Part shown: positions 1 through 13,000 of the stretch, piece by piece
Layout of the letters: each line of letters opens with the position of its first letter
Position numbering within the stretch: the first letter of the stretch is position 1
From: Yuukianura sp. NJ FZ-2021
Lineage: Eukaryota
Direction of reading: 5' to 3'
DNA length: 64,000 bases
NCBI GenBank assembly: GCA_046563655.1
Contig: CM102289.1
Location: 682,001-746,000, forward strand
Translations under genes and position numbers: made by a program
Notes under the pieces: model-generated
The model's input: the letters and a program-made list of their open reading frames with translations, nothing else
What the model was told of the DNA's origin: nothing
Databases searched by the model: none

Positions 1-997
1 GGGCATGGTCAAAGCAAATCTTCAGTTGGCGTTTACGTTCAGCCGAGAAATCAGCTGTGCTCTCCAAGTGCGTGTTGAGTAAAAAGAGTTTGACTTGACC
101 GATGAATGCCTAAGAGAAAGTCAATGTTTGATATCTGCGTCAGTTTACTTCGATAGTTGAATAAAGAAAAAGTTGACCTCTGACCTTGGTGACAAGTAGA
201 TTTCGATCCATGGATGTATTAGGATATGGGATGATGTAGTCCTCCTCATGGAACACTTTGTTGTGACGAAGGAAGGTTGCAGTGAAGTACTGGGCCATTG
301 GATTGTTGGTTCCGATCACAGGAAAATACTTGTGCATAAGTTTACGAGCGATGAAATCAAACGTAGCAGGGATGAGTTCTTGAAAAAAGATGATATCATG
401 ATTCTCTCTGTGAAAAAAACATTGAACAATTAGATCCAAAAATGATGCTTCAGTTAATCGATTACTTACTTTTCAATGAGCGCTATAACTGCATCTGTTC
501 TCTTTTCCAAGTTCACTTCGTCTAATCCATCCAGATTCCAGCTGATCACCGAGAACTTCTCTGGAGCCCATTTAGAAAAAGATTTGTTCCCATCATCATG
601 ACCAGCTTTGTCCTCGTCCATGTCATCCAGAGTAACTTCCAAATGTGGCTTCTTTTGGTTCTGTTGTTGTGGTGATGGGGACAGTATGACGACATCGTCG
701 TCGTCGCTCTTTTGCCCAACTTCATCTCCATTTCCGTCCAAAAAGACATCAATAGCAGTCTGCAACAGATTAAAATCTAACTAATTCCAATTCCAAACAA
801 CCCCAACTGTTAGCAATTGTTGTCACCTGAATGTTCCATTTATGTCGTTCCAACATCGTTTTGGCCTCTGCCTCATCCACACTACAAATACTGCTGAGGT
901 CCCGTACTAACTGTGACTTCAAACCATCGTTCAAATCAATGATGACGTTTCGCACTTCGACTCCAGCGGTATCCTCTGTTCCGTGTCCAGTATCCAT
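1..997 (-). CDS. TDP2: Tyrosyl-DNA phosphodiesterase 2, 5' part (runs off the window start). Exons 997-827, 759-470, 407-185, 109-<1
   Basis: GT-AG introns join in frame: N-terminal UBA-like segment (ICSVDEAEAKTMLERHKWNIQTAIDVF) and EEP-domain motifs SWNLDGLD, DIIFFQE, YFTATFL, TSMDRNLL, LNTHLES. Confidence 0.92.
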
Positions 998-1717
998 TGA
1001 TTAGTAATCGGTTTATCCAAAAACAAGGTTTGCCAAGGTCGATTTTGCGACAGCCTACAGCCGGAAGTATAAAATAAATCAGTATTTATCATTTTAATCC
1101 AACAATTACACTAATTTAAAGGATTCCATACGATAAAGCCATTCTTACCTAACTCTTATCCAGCGATCGTCGTCTTCTACTCGAATTGTTAGCTAATTAA
1201 TCAGTAATCACGATTTAAAATTTGCAAATTCCGGAAAAGTTCGATTTACTAACCTGCAATTTCCTATCTAAAAATGTAAACAAACAAGGTTTGGTTGAAG
1301 TAAGGATTATATACAATTCTTGTTATTTCCGGTGTAGCTAATTCCACCATTTTTCGTTTGTACACTGTGCGGTAAATTATGTGGCCACTTTAAATTAGGC
1401 TAAGTTAAGGTGGCAACTTAAGTTGCCCCTCAAGTGTAGCCACGCAATGTAGCCACTAAAAACAAATGAGTTGCTACTAGATGGCTACAACAACGTTCCT
1501 CAATCCTTATTTGCACCAAAAATTGCCCCGCGGTTTTGCGGAGGTCGCCTAATCCTCTGAATTCGTCGGAAATTACGAGAATGTTCTACTTTGGTTAGAG
1601 TGCGGATTAAATAACCGTTGTGACCACACGGTGTACATTTTAAACTAAAATTTGTTAAACTTTGTATGTAATTTTTTAACATAAATTTGTAAACTGATTT
1701 TGAGAACATTGTCAATG

Positions 1718-4700
1718 TTATGAGGTTACGTCACTGTAGGAAGGAAAAGCAAAAAGCCACAGGATGAAAGCCACTAACGTAAAAACTATAAAGACTATGC
1801 GGTCCAGAATGAGGGCAACAAAAGCGCAGTCGTGGGGTCGAACGCTGGCGTCTGCGTTACTCGGATGCCCATCATCCACCAGTTCAATTCCATCTGCAGG
1901 AGTTGTCTTGTGATTTATTCCAAGCAACGCTCCGAGTTTTGATAGACGCTCCAAAATTATTTTACTCAACTGCAAACCCAATTTGAATTTTAAATTTTGC
2001 CGCAAAACGTTTGAAAATTTAAAAAATTTCAAACGAATACCCAGTATGGTAACGTTCCAGTTTGTCGGTAGAGCCAAAACAGAAACACGTTCACACCAAG
2101 CGTAAATTCACTCAACCCCCGCATTCCCTCGAAATACCGAACTGCAAACAAAAGTAATTAATTAATTACGTAATTACAAAAGTAATTACTTAATTTCAAA
2201 AGTAATTCAACGTATAAAATTGATTTAGTTCATCAGTCTTACTCATTGGTCCGCCTCGGTCTGTAGAATTTTGAAAAACTAAGGGATGATTGGTCATGAT
2301 GAAATACAGAACGGAGTAAATATATGCAAGGTGAAGTATAGCTGCAAGTAATTCAGAGTAGTTCAGAGTAATTCAATTTCCATTAATTCGTAATTACTCG
2401 ATGAATTACTTTACCAAAAGTAATTTTGTGTCCAGAAGTGACAGGAATGAGGAAGGAGAGTACAAGAGTGAAGCACATAAAAGAGTTGTCATGTTTTGCT
2501 TTGGCCAAAATGGTTTGTCCTTTTCGTCTTAAATGGATGACGTACGTGATGTCCATGTATGGATCAGGACAACATGCGTAGAAGATGGAGTTGCGACGTC
2601 CAGTCATTGCTAAAAACCATTTTCAAAAAAAAAAATAAAAAAAAAATATAGAATTTCAAAAAAAAAAAGTATAATTTTATTGGAATTATCTTATGGGGAC
2701 GTACATAGCAATTCCCAGTCGATGTTTGGAACGAAAGATGACACGTCTCCTGCTTCGGAGTCTTGCAGTTGTAAGTCTATCTAGATTATGAAAATTATGA
2801 AATTTTAGTGTCAAAAAAAAAGTGAAATTAAAAAATAAAAAGAGAATTTGAATTCATAGCCATACGCGACCACCATGGGACGTCCAGCTTCCAAATTTGA
2901 GTTCGCTACAAATCAAAATGAAAATGTTTTTTCAAAAACGATTTTTTCCGAGCGGCCTTTGACTTTTCGACTTTGACTTTTTGCCGTTTTGAGTTTTTGG
3001 ATTTTGCTTTTTTGACTCTGACATTTTGACTTTGGCTCTTTTACGCTGACTTTTTGACCTTGACATTACCTTTTGCCATGACTTTGGTTCTTTTGATTTT
3101 TTGACCTTGACCTTGACTTTGCCCTTTTGACTTTAACTTTGACTCTTACCACTTGTGCTCATCAAAAGGGAAATTTGCATAGGAAGTACGACATGTCGTA
3201 TAGTGGATTCCTGGAGGGATGAATGTGATGCTTCCGTTGTGCTTGACAACCGCATACGTGTGATACGTGTCATCAAACTGCTCCGAAGCAGAATTGTACA
3301 CGTAAATGTCCGGTTTCCAGATTCGGTGCGGTGGAATCATAAGTTCCGTTATGTTGTCATAGTCACTGGGATCCCAAACTAGACCAGTATCTGTCCATTC
3401 CTACCATTAGATGTTTCAAAATTAGGTTATTAGTAGAGCTGCAAAACATATACTTTTAAATATAAAATATTTAATATTTAAAAAAAATATTTGGGCAAAA
3501 AAGAAAATTAAAAATATTTAAGGAAATTTTAAATATCTACCTACATTTTTCGGCGATTTTCGAAAATATCATATAACTAGGCAATCCGTGGCGCCGCCTA
3601 CCGGCGGCGCTCGAACTAATAGGATAGAAATAGCAACTCAGTCAGTCTCAATGTGTGTGCTGTGCACCCTTCATAAGGAATCTGAGGAGTCCGAAATCTG
3701 ACCTTTAGCCAGACCCTGAGGAAGAGGACACACGAACACGCAGACGGGCTGAGGGGGATTTTCCCTTATGCTTATGATTAGCATGATATTTTGCCAATTT
3801 TTGAAGACAGCTTGAAAATTATGTGGCTTTATTATGATATATTGGCAAAAAATTTCACTCCGAAAAACAGGGAAAGTTTTTTTTGTGCGAATCTTATATT
3901 TTATAGGTTTTCTCATCAGAGAGGTATGACTTTACACTCTGTCTTCCGATGTAATTGCGTAAATAGAGACTGGTAAATTCTTCGTTTACGAAGAGTTTTG
4001 GACGAAGATTTTCCTCTCCGTCTGATGATCTCCGTTTGTTTTTAAATGCAGTGGTAATTTTCACGTAAAAAACGGAAACGGAGAAGCCTCGACTTTTCAG
4101 AAATATACAACTTGTACGAAATTGCGTCGATCTAGACCAGTTGTCGTTAAAACTCTTGACGGACGACAAGTCTCTTCGATGGTCGCCGCCGCCATTTTGA
4201 ATGTCGCCGCCGTTGTAAGAATAGATTTACAGTAGGTTGTAACAGTTTATTCATGGAACCAGTCTCGCAACTACTATTGCCAACGAACTCCCGCATAGGT
4301 CAACGGTCGCCGCCGCCATTTTGAATGTCGCTGTTTTTTTAACACTTGATTTACAACAGGTTATTGCTGGAACCGGCGTATAAAGTGGTATTGATGACGA
4401 ATGCCTACATCAGTTGACAGTCGCCGCCGCAATTTTGATCCAAGATGGCGACGACGGTAGCCAGCGCCATCTTGGATTTTATTTCACACATTACGCTTAC
4501 CAGTCCATCTATTTTCTCGTCACTTTAAGAAATCTATGCAAATGCTCGCATATGACCCTCGGCGTAAAATTTCAAGATGGCGCTGGCGACATTCAGTGGT
4601 CGTAATTTGTCGTCGCAACCAGTTTTGTAAGCTTTTACTATATTTATGTAGGGTATTTGAAGCATATCCCGGAAGAGGTGTTCAACAGTGTTTTTGGGCG

Positions 4701-6953
4701 ACATCCAAGATGGCGACGGCGACCGTCGGGTGACATTAATTTGTCGCTTTTAAGCAAGTCATCGTTTGGTCCACTCCTAGAAAAAATTCTTATAAAACTA
4801 CCGTAAAAGCGCTAGAAATCCGTTTCCATAAAATTTCAAGATGGCGGCGGCGACCATCGGTTGTCGTAATTTGTCAACAAACCTAAGTGTTACGGTTTTT
4901 ATAAATAAAATAATAATAAATAGAATTAAAATAAAATAAAATTAGAATAAAATTCAAATTAAATTAAAGTAATAATTTTCAAAATGGCGGCGGCGACATT
5001 AGTGTCACCATGGGTCATATTTCGTCATAAGCCGACGCCTACATGTCGTATTTTCGGCAGGGGATGCGAGCGACGCTCATGTAAAAAGTGAACGAAGATC
5101 GGACGGAGAGTAGGGCTTTTCTTCGTCAGAATCTCCGTAACGGAGACGGAGACGGAGAGTGAAAGTTTGATACGGAACAAAAAGGTTCCGCTTTTGGACC
5201 ATCTCCGTTCAAAAACTCTCCGTAAACGGAGAATTTACCAGTCCCTAATAGCTAAATTCTTGGAAATTTCGGACCTTATTTAACGCAAATTAAACGTTTT
5301 TGCGATAAATAATGCCCGTTTTAGTAAATATTTAGATACATATTTTCGGGTTTTGATAGTAAATATTAAATAAATATTTCACCGGTTTTTAGCACATATT
5401 TTTAGCAGCTCTAGTTATTAGGCTATTCATGTTAAGCTAACTTTAAGAACTAACATTCAAAATTAGTTTGGACTAGTTTCAGGCTACAATTCAATTTTTT
5501 AAGGTGTTCACATTTTTTAAGACGACTCACCAGGGTCTCCCAAATGTTTGATCTCAAAACTCCTTGTTGCTCGTACTACAAAATTTTAAAAATTAAATTT
5601 AGCCTTAGTCAAAAGTTAACATAACGTTAACTTAGTCTAGTTTATTGAGTTAGAGTTATACAAAATCCACAATTTGCATCAGAGTCACTCCGAATTTGAT
5701 TGTGACTGCATCAGTTTCCCTGGGAACGGGACGTGACAGCACTTGATATTCTCCTAAGAGATTGCGCAGCAGCACATCCGATGCGTTGGAACTATCAGTT
5801 CCTGAAAATTATTTAAACAAGGTAGGGCAATGCTCAAGGGTTGAGCATGGGTCTTCTGGAGGGAGTTGGCAATTGATGCGACTTAAACCGGTCTGCCTCA
5901 AAACTGTAGAACTGAGAAACCGTTTTCATGTAGCTGATGCACCAAAACGTCGCTCAAAATTTTCAGTGCAGATGTGGGGCCTTTTTGTGCACAATTGCAC
6001 CAAAATGTGAAAAAACCGTTTGCATAAGAATGTAGTTCAGCTTTTTAGTCCTGAACAGTTTTCACTCTCCTGAAAATTATTTTGATTCCCAACATTTTGC
6101 ATCAAATTGTTCTCAAATTATGCACAAAATTAGAATGACCTTAAATCTGTTCATGTAAATGCACAATTATTCGGATGTAAACACCATTCTAAATGTACGT
6201 GGAGTTGTTCTCCAGTATGCACAAATTTTGAAATAACAACGTCAATCAGCCAGCGTCAAAATAACTGCGCAATTCGGCATTTGTGCATCTACTGATAACT
6301 GTGTGCAAAATTGAGCTTTGAGGGGCAGGGGTCGAATACAGCTTGTTAAAATCGAAATTATCAAAATTTCTAGTAACTACAAATTTGACCTTTGTTATGC
6401 ACAATTCATGTATTAAGGATTTAAGCCCGATTTTCTACCCTCTGATCAGTCTTAATTTAACAAGGTAACTAAACATACTGTCAGAAAATGACCGGGTCGA
6501 AACTTCGTTGTTTAAGTATATTTTGAGTGTAATCGAAACCAAAATGTTTCCGGGAAACGACTGCACTTAGGGTGCATAAAGTGGCCGCCCATTTCCACGT
6601 TGTTAATATAACACTTTGAGTGCAATATAGACTTAATGAAAACACTTGAGGCATACATAACCCCCCGGACAAAATGGAGCTTATGTTTTAGTGCAAAAAA
6701 TTCTAAAAAATGTGACAGACAGACAGACAAAGTCGTATCAATAGTCTTCTTCAGCACGTCGTAGACGTGCGTCTCCAGAAGACTAAAACTATCTCCTTAA
6801 CTTAATTAATTCATGTTTATTTTATATAAAATATTCTACAAAAAGATCTGTAAACTATACAAAAGAATATTAGAGTTAAGCGTGTTTTTATGTTTTCAAA
6901 CCAGAAAATCGTAGAAAAAGAAGCAGTAGCAGTAGTGCTAAATTCTTGTCCAT
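1718..6953 (-). CDS. Divergent nicotinic acetylcholine receptor alpha-type subunit (Cys-loop channel), ~416 aa. Exons 6953-6902, 5801-5662, 5575-5531, 3400-3150, 2905-2866, 2780-2705, 2609-2415, 2341-2243, 2141-2041, 1969-1718
   Basis: All splice phases are compatible (1251 nt total). Signal peptide MDKNLALLLLLLFLRFSG; RPV, IWKPDIYVYN, Cys-loop CRTSYANFPFDEHKC, FGSWT, loop C FYACCPDPY, M4 ALILDRIVFIVF. Confidence 0.9.
2955..3143. repeat. Degenerate (TTTTGAC/TTGACC)n tandem repeat in nAChR intron 4
   Basis: About 25 imperfect 6-8-nt units visible directly. Confidence 0.8.
3577..3777 (-). mobile_element. Non-autonomous Helitron (201 bp)
   Basis: On the minus strand: 5' TC, 3' CTAG, GC hairpin GCGCCGCC-ggta-GGCGGCGC just upstream of the 3' end, inserted between A and T with no TSD. 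Absent from the related MITE copy at ~49670. Confidence 0.85.
3965..5246. mobile_element. Non-autonomous TIR element with 3-bp AAT TSD (PIF/Harbinger-like)
   Basis: TIR AG(A/G)GACTGGTAAATTCT(T/C)CGTTTACG; AAT at 3962-3964 and 5247-5249; empty site visible at ~49860; internal oppositely oriented AAGATGGCGGCGGCGAC-type repeats. Confidence 0.8.
6480..6790 (+). mobile_element. Helitron/Helentron (DINE-1/HINE-like) non-autonomous fragment; left border approximate
   Basis: (GACA)n microsatellite, then inverted repeat TAGTCTTCT...AGAAGACTA enclosing the hairpin GCACGTC-gta-GACGTGC. Confidence 0.5.
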
Positions 6954-9900
6954 TGTGAACTGCGTAGGATTAAAATTTAAAACAAAAACTTAAAATTTAA
7001 GAGAGTATGACGACTGTGCATCTGGAACTGAGATGAGACTAATTTTGGATTAGCTTAGATTTTGGACAACAGACGACGAGAGAGACACATTTGGAGCAAG
7101 AATTTGATAAAGTCACATTTCAAAATTGACCTAATTTATTCCAATTTAGCACTTAAAAGTGGGAAAGATTAAAAATTTGTTCCAAGAACTAAGAGTTTGT
7201 GTTAACTCAAAGACTTAGCATATCTTTCAAACCAAAGTTACTAAATTCAAATTAACAGTTATTCAGAAAAAGTGCATGGAAATGACTTTACAGTATTGTG
7301 AGTTTTTAAATAGTGATGGATGAAATTATGAGGTAGAGTATACATTACACAAAACATAAATTCGTAAGTTCAAATTTGGTTTAGTGTGAGTTTTAAAATT
7401 CAATGATTCAAAATTTTTCAAAATGCCAAGAGAAGGTCGACAGTGTATTCGACAGTATATTTCAGATAAAAAAAAATGAATATATTAAATAAATTGAAAT
7501 TTTACAACCGCTTGCTCTGTTCGTCAATTTCAAGGCTAGAGACGTCCAATTTGAAATCGGAAGTACGACGGCATTAAGGTGGTACTCCGGTATAAACTTT
7601 CCTTCTAAGTGAAAGTGAAGCTTTCTCTTAATGGAATTGACTCCTTGACCATAACGTTAGGTAGAATACGTTCAGGTAGGGGGAACATGACTATCGTCAA
7701 TTTGAGAACTTTAACAACATTCATCTCCTAATAGCACCGAACCCTACCGCCTTCTTTAACCCACCCTCCACACGTCGAAAGCCAAAGTGATTGACAGGCA
7801 TCATTTGGATTAGCACTCTACAAGTAACACGTCTCAACTTCATCTTCTAAAATTATGGACTGCATCTCCCTCCAAACCAAACACCATTTACTTCAAAAGT
7901 TACGTCCAAGATACTCCTGTGTTGTTCATCGACGATTAGGATTCGGTTTAAGTTTAGCTTAAGTTACGCGTGTAACTTTATATTACACTGTAAAAACTAA
8001 GTGAAACTCTTTACGGTTAGGAACTCAAATTTTCAACATTTTAAGATAGTCGAAACAACTTTTCTTCCAATCATCAAAAAGGCTCAACTTTATTATAAAA
8101 AATTTAGCAAAATGAACTTTTTTCGATTTTTTTAAATTTTTTTTTTACAATCTAATATTTTTGTAGTAATTTGATTTAATTTTGAGTTCAATTACTTCAG
8201 CATACATAGACATAGACACGGATACCACTCATGGTCGTAATCAAACCAATATTTTTTTCACTTCTCGGGCCAAGCCGAACTACTGCCATATTTTTTTTTT
8301 GAATATTTTATTTTTCATTTTTACGCTATTTCGTACAATTTTGTTTTCCTTGAATCTTAACTAGAACCCACATCAGTGGTCTTACTCTAATCAAGCAAGT
8401 ATTAACTAATTAAACTACAAGTCTTCCTCAATTTGAATCACCTCTTAAAAACTTCTTGTGTCTTCCGCCTTCCACTGCTTCAGTTCCCCACAAAATGAAT
8501 TCTCAAGAAAGATAAACTAGATTGGCAGTTCTATTGAGTTCGTGCTAAAACCTTGGCTTCAAGTTTTTTGGAATTTTGGATTTCAGAGCTTAAAAATCAA
8601 ACCACAATTTGGTTATATGATGTGGATGAACTCTAAGTCAATTGTACAAAGGAGTTGATAAAAATCGCTGAATCGAGGCCGATGAGGGCGATGTACTTAT
8701 TCTGTTTCTTACTCTATTTTTCATTAACTTCCTTTTTTTTAAAGTGAGCCCAAAACAGGAATGTGAGAGGGAAACAATTGCCCTAACTGCATTGCAATGA
8801 AGAGCCAGGTTATTAAGCCCGAAAAGTTAGTTACACGGCACTGCTCAAATCGATCTGAAAAATGCAACCAAAAAAATCACACAGCTAGCTAAAAAATCAA
8901 AAAAGTTATACCTAAGTTTGTCCCTTTTTAGAACGCACTTTTTGTTTTCGTTGTTGTTGTTATTTTCGCTTCCATTTTAACGCTTATTGAAAAACTCAGG
9001 TTTTCAAAAACACTTTCTCCATTAGGCTTATACGCAAAATGTCGAATAATTGATCATTTCTATATTAAGGGTTCATAAGACGACTGGAACTGTCTTTAAA
9101 TTTGGAAAGTGCCTTCTAAAAAGAGACAACTCTACAGTCGCAGTTTTCAAAGATTTGGTTTATGATCTAAATTTCCTTGTAAATTTTTTTAGCAAAAGCT
9201 TTGATGTTTTCGACAACTTTGACAATTTCTCAAAACCGTTCAAATTGTGGAAATGTATTTTGTGATTGGTCTTAGCTCAATGGTTAACTGACAATTTAGA
9301 TGCAAAAACGGAGCCGTTTTCAGAAAAGTAGCTGAACGAAGGCAATAAATGGTTGGTTCCAAGTGCCAGTTTCGGAAAAAATTGAAAAATCAGAAATTTT
9401 GTTTTGCTGAACAAAGTAAATTAAAAGTTAGCCATTTGATTAACTTAAGTTAATAACAACATTAGGTTCATAAACAACTTTTTCATTGAAGTTGAATACA
9501 GTTCGAATGAGTTTTGAGTTTCTTTAAAAGTGAACTGCTGTTTTTGAGTCAGCCTTTGAGGTTAACTTCGGTTGTTCATAAAATCTACTTAGTTAGTAAC
9601 TACAAATTTTGGGAGTTTAAATTTTTCAAAAAGTATATGCCTAAAGGCAAGTTCTTTTTGTGTCTAGAAATTCCTTTGCAGGAGTACAAGGCGAAAAATT
9701 TGGCACAAGGGATTGAATATTAGTTCGAAGAGAAGAAAGTTCTAATGAAAAATTTTTCCAGTGGAAATTATGTCGAGGAGTATTTTGTTGCACGTTTCTT
9801 GGGAGTTTTTTGAACTATGTATTGTCTCAAATTTAGTCGGAAGCCTTTATAAAGGAAGTAGTCAAAAAACAAGCAGTTTTAAGTTGGAGAGGCGATCGAC

Positions 9901-10012
9901 TGGATCAATTTCTGATCTACTTGACCTTATTTGACCTAACAACCAAAATTAAATTTTTAGTTGCTTGATTCGGTTGGTGGATTAAACACAATTAGTCAGT
10001 GACTCTACTAAG

Positions 10013-13000
10013 ATGCGGCGTGTTTTCGCAGCAGTTATTGCTGTCATAAGTAACAACGTATTTCCACATTCTCCTTTTCTGGGTTTTGTTTACATTTAGT
10101 CAAATTATTGTTCTTTTAAAAATTAGTGCTGTTTGGGGAAATTGATGAAACAAAAAATGAGTGTCCTATTGGCTCTGACCCACCGAGCACTGTCAACTGT
10201 AGCACCCTAGTAAATTCTGCATTCCGAACTATAAACGGAACTTGCAACCATAACATTGAAGTAACATGGGGAGCAGCAGGGCAAGTTTTTAATAGGTATT
10301 CGGAAAATTCAACAGGTAAGCCCATTTTCTGTACACTAATTCTTTAATTTTTAACATATCATGGCCTACGTTTGAAACTATTAGATACACTTCGCAAATC
10401 AGTAACTGGGAAAGATCTACCGAATCCAAGAGTCATCAGTACAACTATACATGAAGATGAGGATTCGAGATCAGACAACATCACTAATTTTTTTCCGTTT
10501 TTTGGATTATTTGTTGCACATGATATAGAAAAGATTGTAGTACCAAGTAAGATCTTTGATTGTAAAAAAAATACCAGGAACTACGGTTATTTTGTGTCAA
10601 TTTTGACAGATTCCTCAGGTTGTTGCAATCGAAACAGGCAGAAGCCATGCTTCCCAATTTCAATTCCAGCCAATGACTCATTCTACGCAAAGTTTAGAGT
10701 AAAGTGCATGGAATTTGCACGCTCTTGCAAAAAAGAAGGTAAATTACATATTGCAAATTTTATTTAATTTTTTTGGTATTTTGTTAAAGTTGTTGACTGG
10801 AATTGTGGTTAATTTTATACACATTCTAGGAAAGGTTGGTCCGTCACCACCACCAACAATAAGTGGCCATTATCAATTTAATGCCAACACTGTATTTTTG
10901 GATCTTTCACAAATTTACGGAAATGATGAAAATACGGCAGCAAAGTTGCGAACATTTTCCAATGGGCAATTGAAAACTTCTGTTTCGAGCGATGGCCAAC
11001 AACTCCTTCCTACCGTTGAACAAGCTGGAATGAGCGGAAGTGTGAAGGGAACTTTTGCCGCAGGAGATTCACGCGTCAACATGTTTTCACAACTCACAGC
11101 TATCTACACAAGTAAGGAAATATTCATACAATACATCCTAAAAATATGTACACAAATAACAGACATATGTACATGTGTACTGTTAATATGCATATGCAAA
11201 TTTATATTTATAAGTTGGCACTTGCGCATTACATATTCATAGGTGTTGGTATTGCTAAAATGAATTTGTAAGCAACAAATTCTCACACAACAAAAGTTGA
11301 TGTTACAAAGAATTTCACTTCTTAGTTTTTGTATTGGAGCACAATCAACTAGCAATGGACTTAAAGGCCGATTTTCCTGCTAAAACGGATGAGTGGTTGT
11401 ATCAACAAGCAAGGTTATAAGCTAATATTTTAAAATGATTTCGATATGATTTCAATATTTAAATATTTCGTTTATTCCAGACGATTATTGATTGGAATTT
11501 ATCAGAACATCATCTACAAAGAATATCTTCCTGTACTTGTTGGGGAAAACGGAGCGCGGTTCCACGGACTAAAGATAGAAGAGTCCGCCTCGAGTGCCTA
11601 CAACAATAAATTGTATCCGGACGTTTCCAATGAGAATGCTGTTGCAGGTAATCTGCATGTGTACAGTACAATAAGCGGAACGATGGAATACGGAACACGG
11701 AAAGTTCCCTTACATCAAACATTCTTCAACTCTTCATATGTACGACATCATGAATTTTGACAATATACATGTTGTTACAAATTTAACAATATATCCACTT
11801 ATTTATATAGGGATTAAGTTACTATCAACTTTAATTTACGTTAGCTTACTTTATTTCAAGTTAATTACAATAATTAAACACAAACTAGAATATAATTTAA
11901 TTTGAGTTAATTATTGTGCAACAGTGCAATATGAATTAGTTGTATTCATGACATCCATTTATTTTGTAGATACAAGCGCCCTCTGGATTGCTTCGTGTGA
12001 TACAGGGAATGTCTGCTCCAGCACAGAACTTTGACAGATTTGTTACCGCGGAACTCACAAATCATTTTCTACAACAAGAAAATCAGCAGTATGGTCTGGA
12101 TATTGTTGCACTCACACTTCAGGTAAAAGTGTCGACAAAAAACCAGAGTGGAATTTGTTGTAACTACCATTGTATACAGTGTCCCGTTAATCACTCAGTG
12201 GCTAAGAAAGCCTTTTTAATTTTACAGCGCGGTCGTGACCATACGTCGTTGACGTATTTGGAAGAACCTTATTCCTGCGTTCACGGTGTAAGATAACGAA
12301 ATTTTAGTAGTGGTTACTTTAAGTGGCAACTCTTCCGCTCTGCTTTGAACCCACCCTTTCCGTTCCTTATCCTTACACTTCTTCTCGGGCCCTTAGCAGT
12401 TTCACCTTAGAAGGGGGTTTCTTCCCTTCCAAGGGCCGACCGGTCACTCAAGGTCACGACTTGACCCCCTTTTACCTCTGGTAGTAATAGAAAGAAATTG
12501 GCATCAGTTGATCAGCTACTCCAGCCTGTTGCAGATTTCGAGTACTCTAGCCCGAAAATCCAGAATCCCGCACCCCAGTGCCGCACCAACCAGCAAAACA
12601 ACTCCACACGAACCAACCAGTACTAACTACCAATAATTGTCATGCCGCGGTACACAGCAATTTAAGGGGTCACCAACCCCGTGACATGAGACTGAGATGT
12701 TGTGAGTTCAAATCAAAACAACCAAAACAGAGAAACGCGCCGCGCCGCTTTACCGCGCTCAACTCGTTACGTTAACGTGAAAAAGCAATGATAAAAACCC
12801 AAATGAGAAAAACTCTAAATGAAACCAAACGTAAATCTGTAATTGAAAACCGCGTAGATTGAAACGGTAAAATGAAACGAAAACGAAACGGTAAACGAAA
12901 CGGTACTTTACGGAAAACGAAAACGGAACGAAACGCCGAACCCTACCGAGAATCTCCGGAAAACCGAAAGAGATCCGAACAACCTGTGGTAACAGGCGAG

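Larger units (their letters stand above)
3434..5413. mobile_element. Non-autonomous hAT-type element (MITE) hosting two nested insertions
   Basis: TIRs TAGAGCTGC.../...GCAGCTCTA and a perfect 8-bp TSD GTTATTAG (3426-3433, 5414-5421). A related copy without the nested insertions lies at ~49529-49955. Confidence 0.88.
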
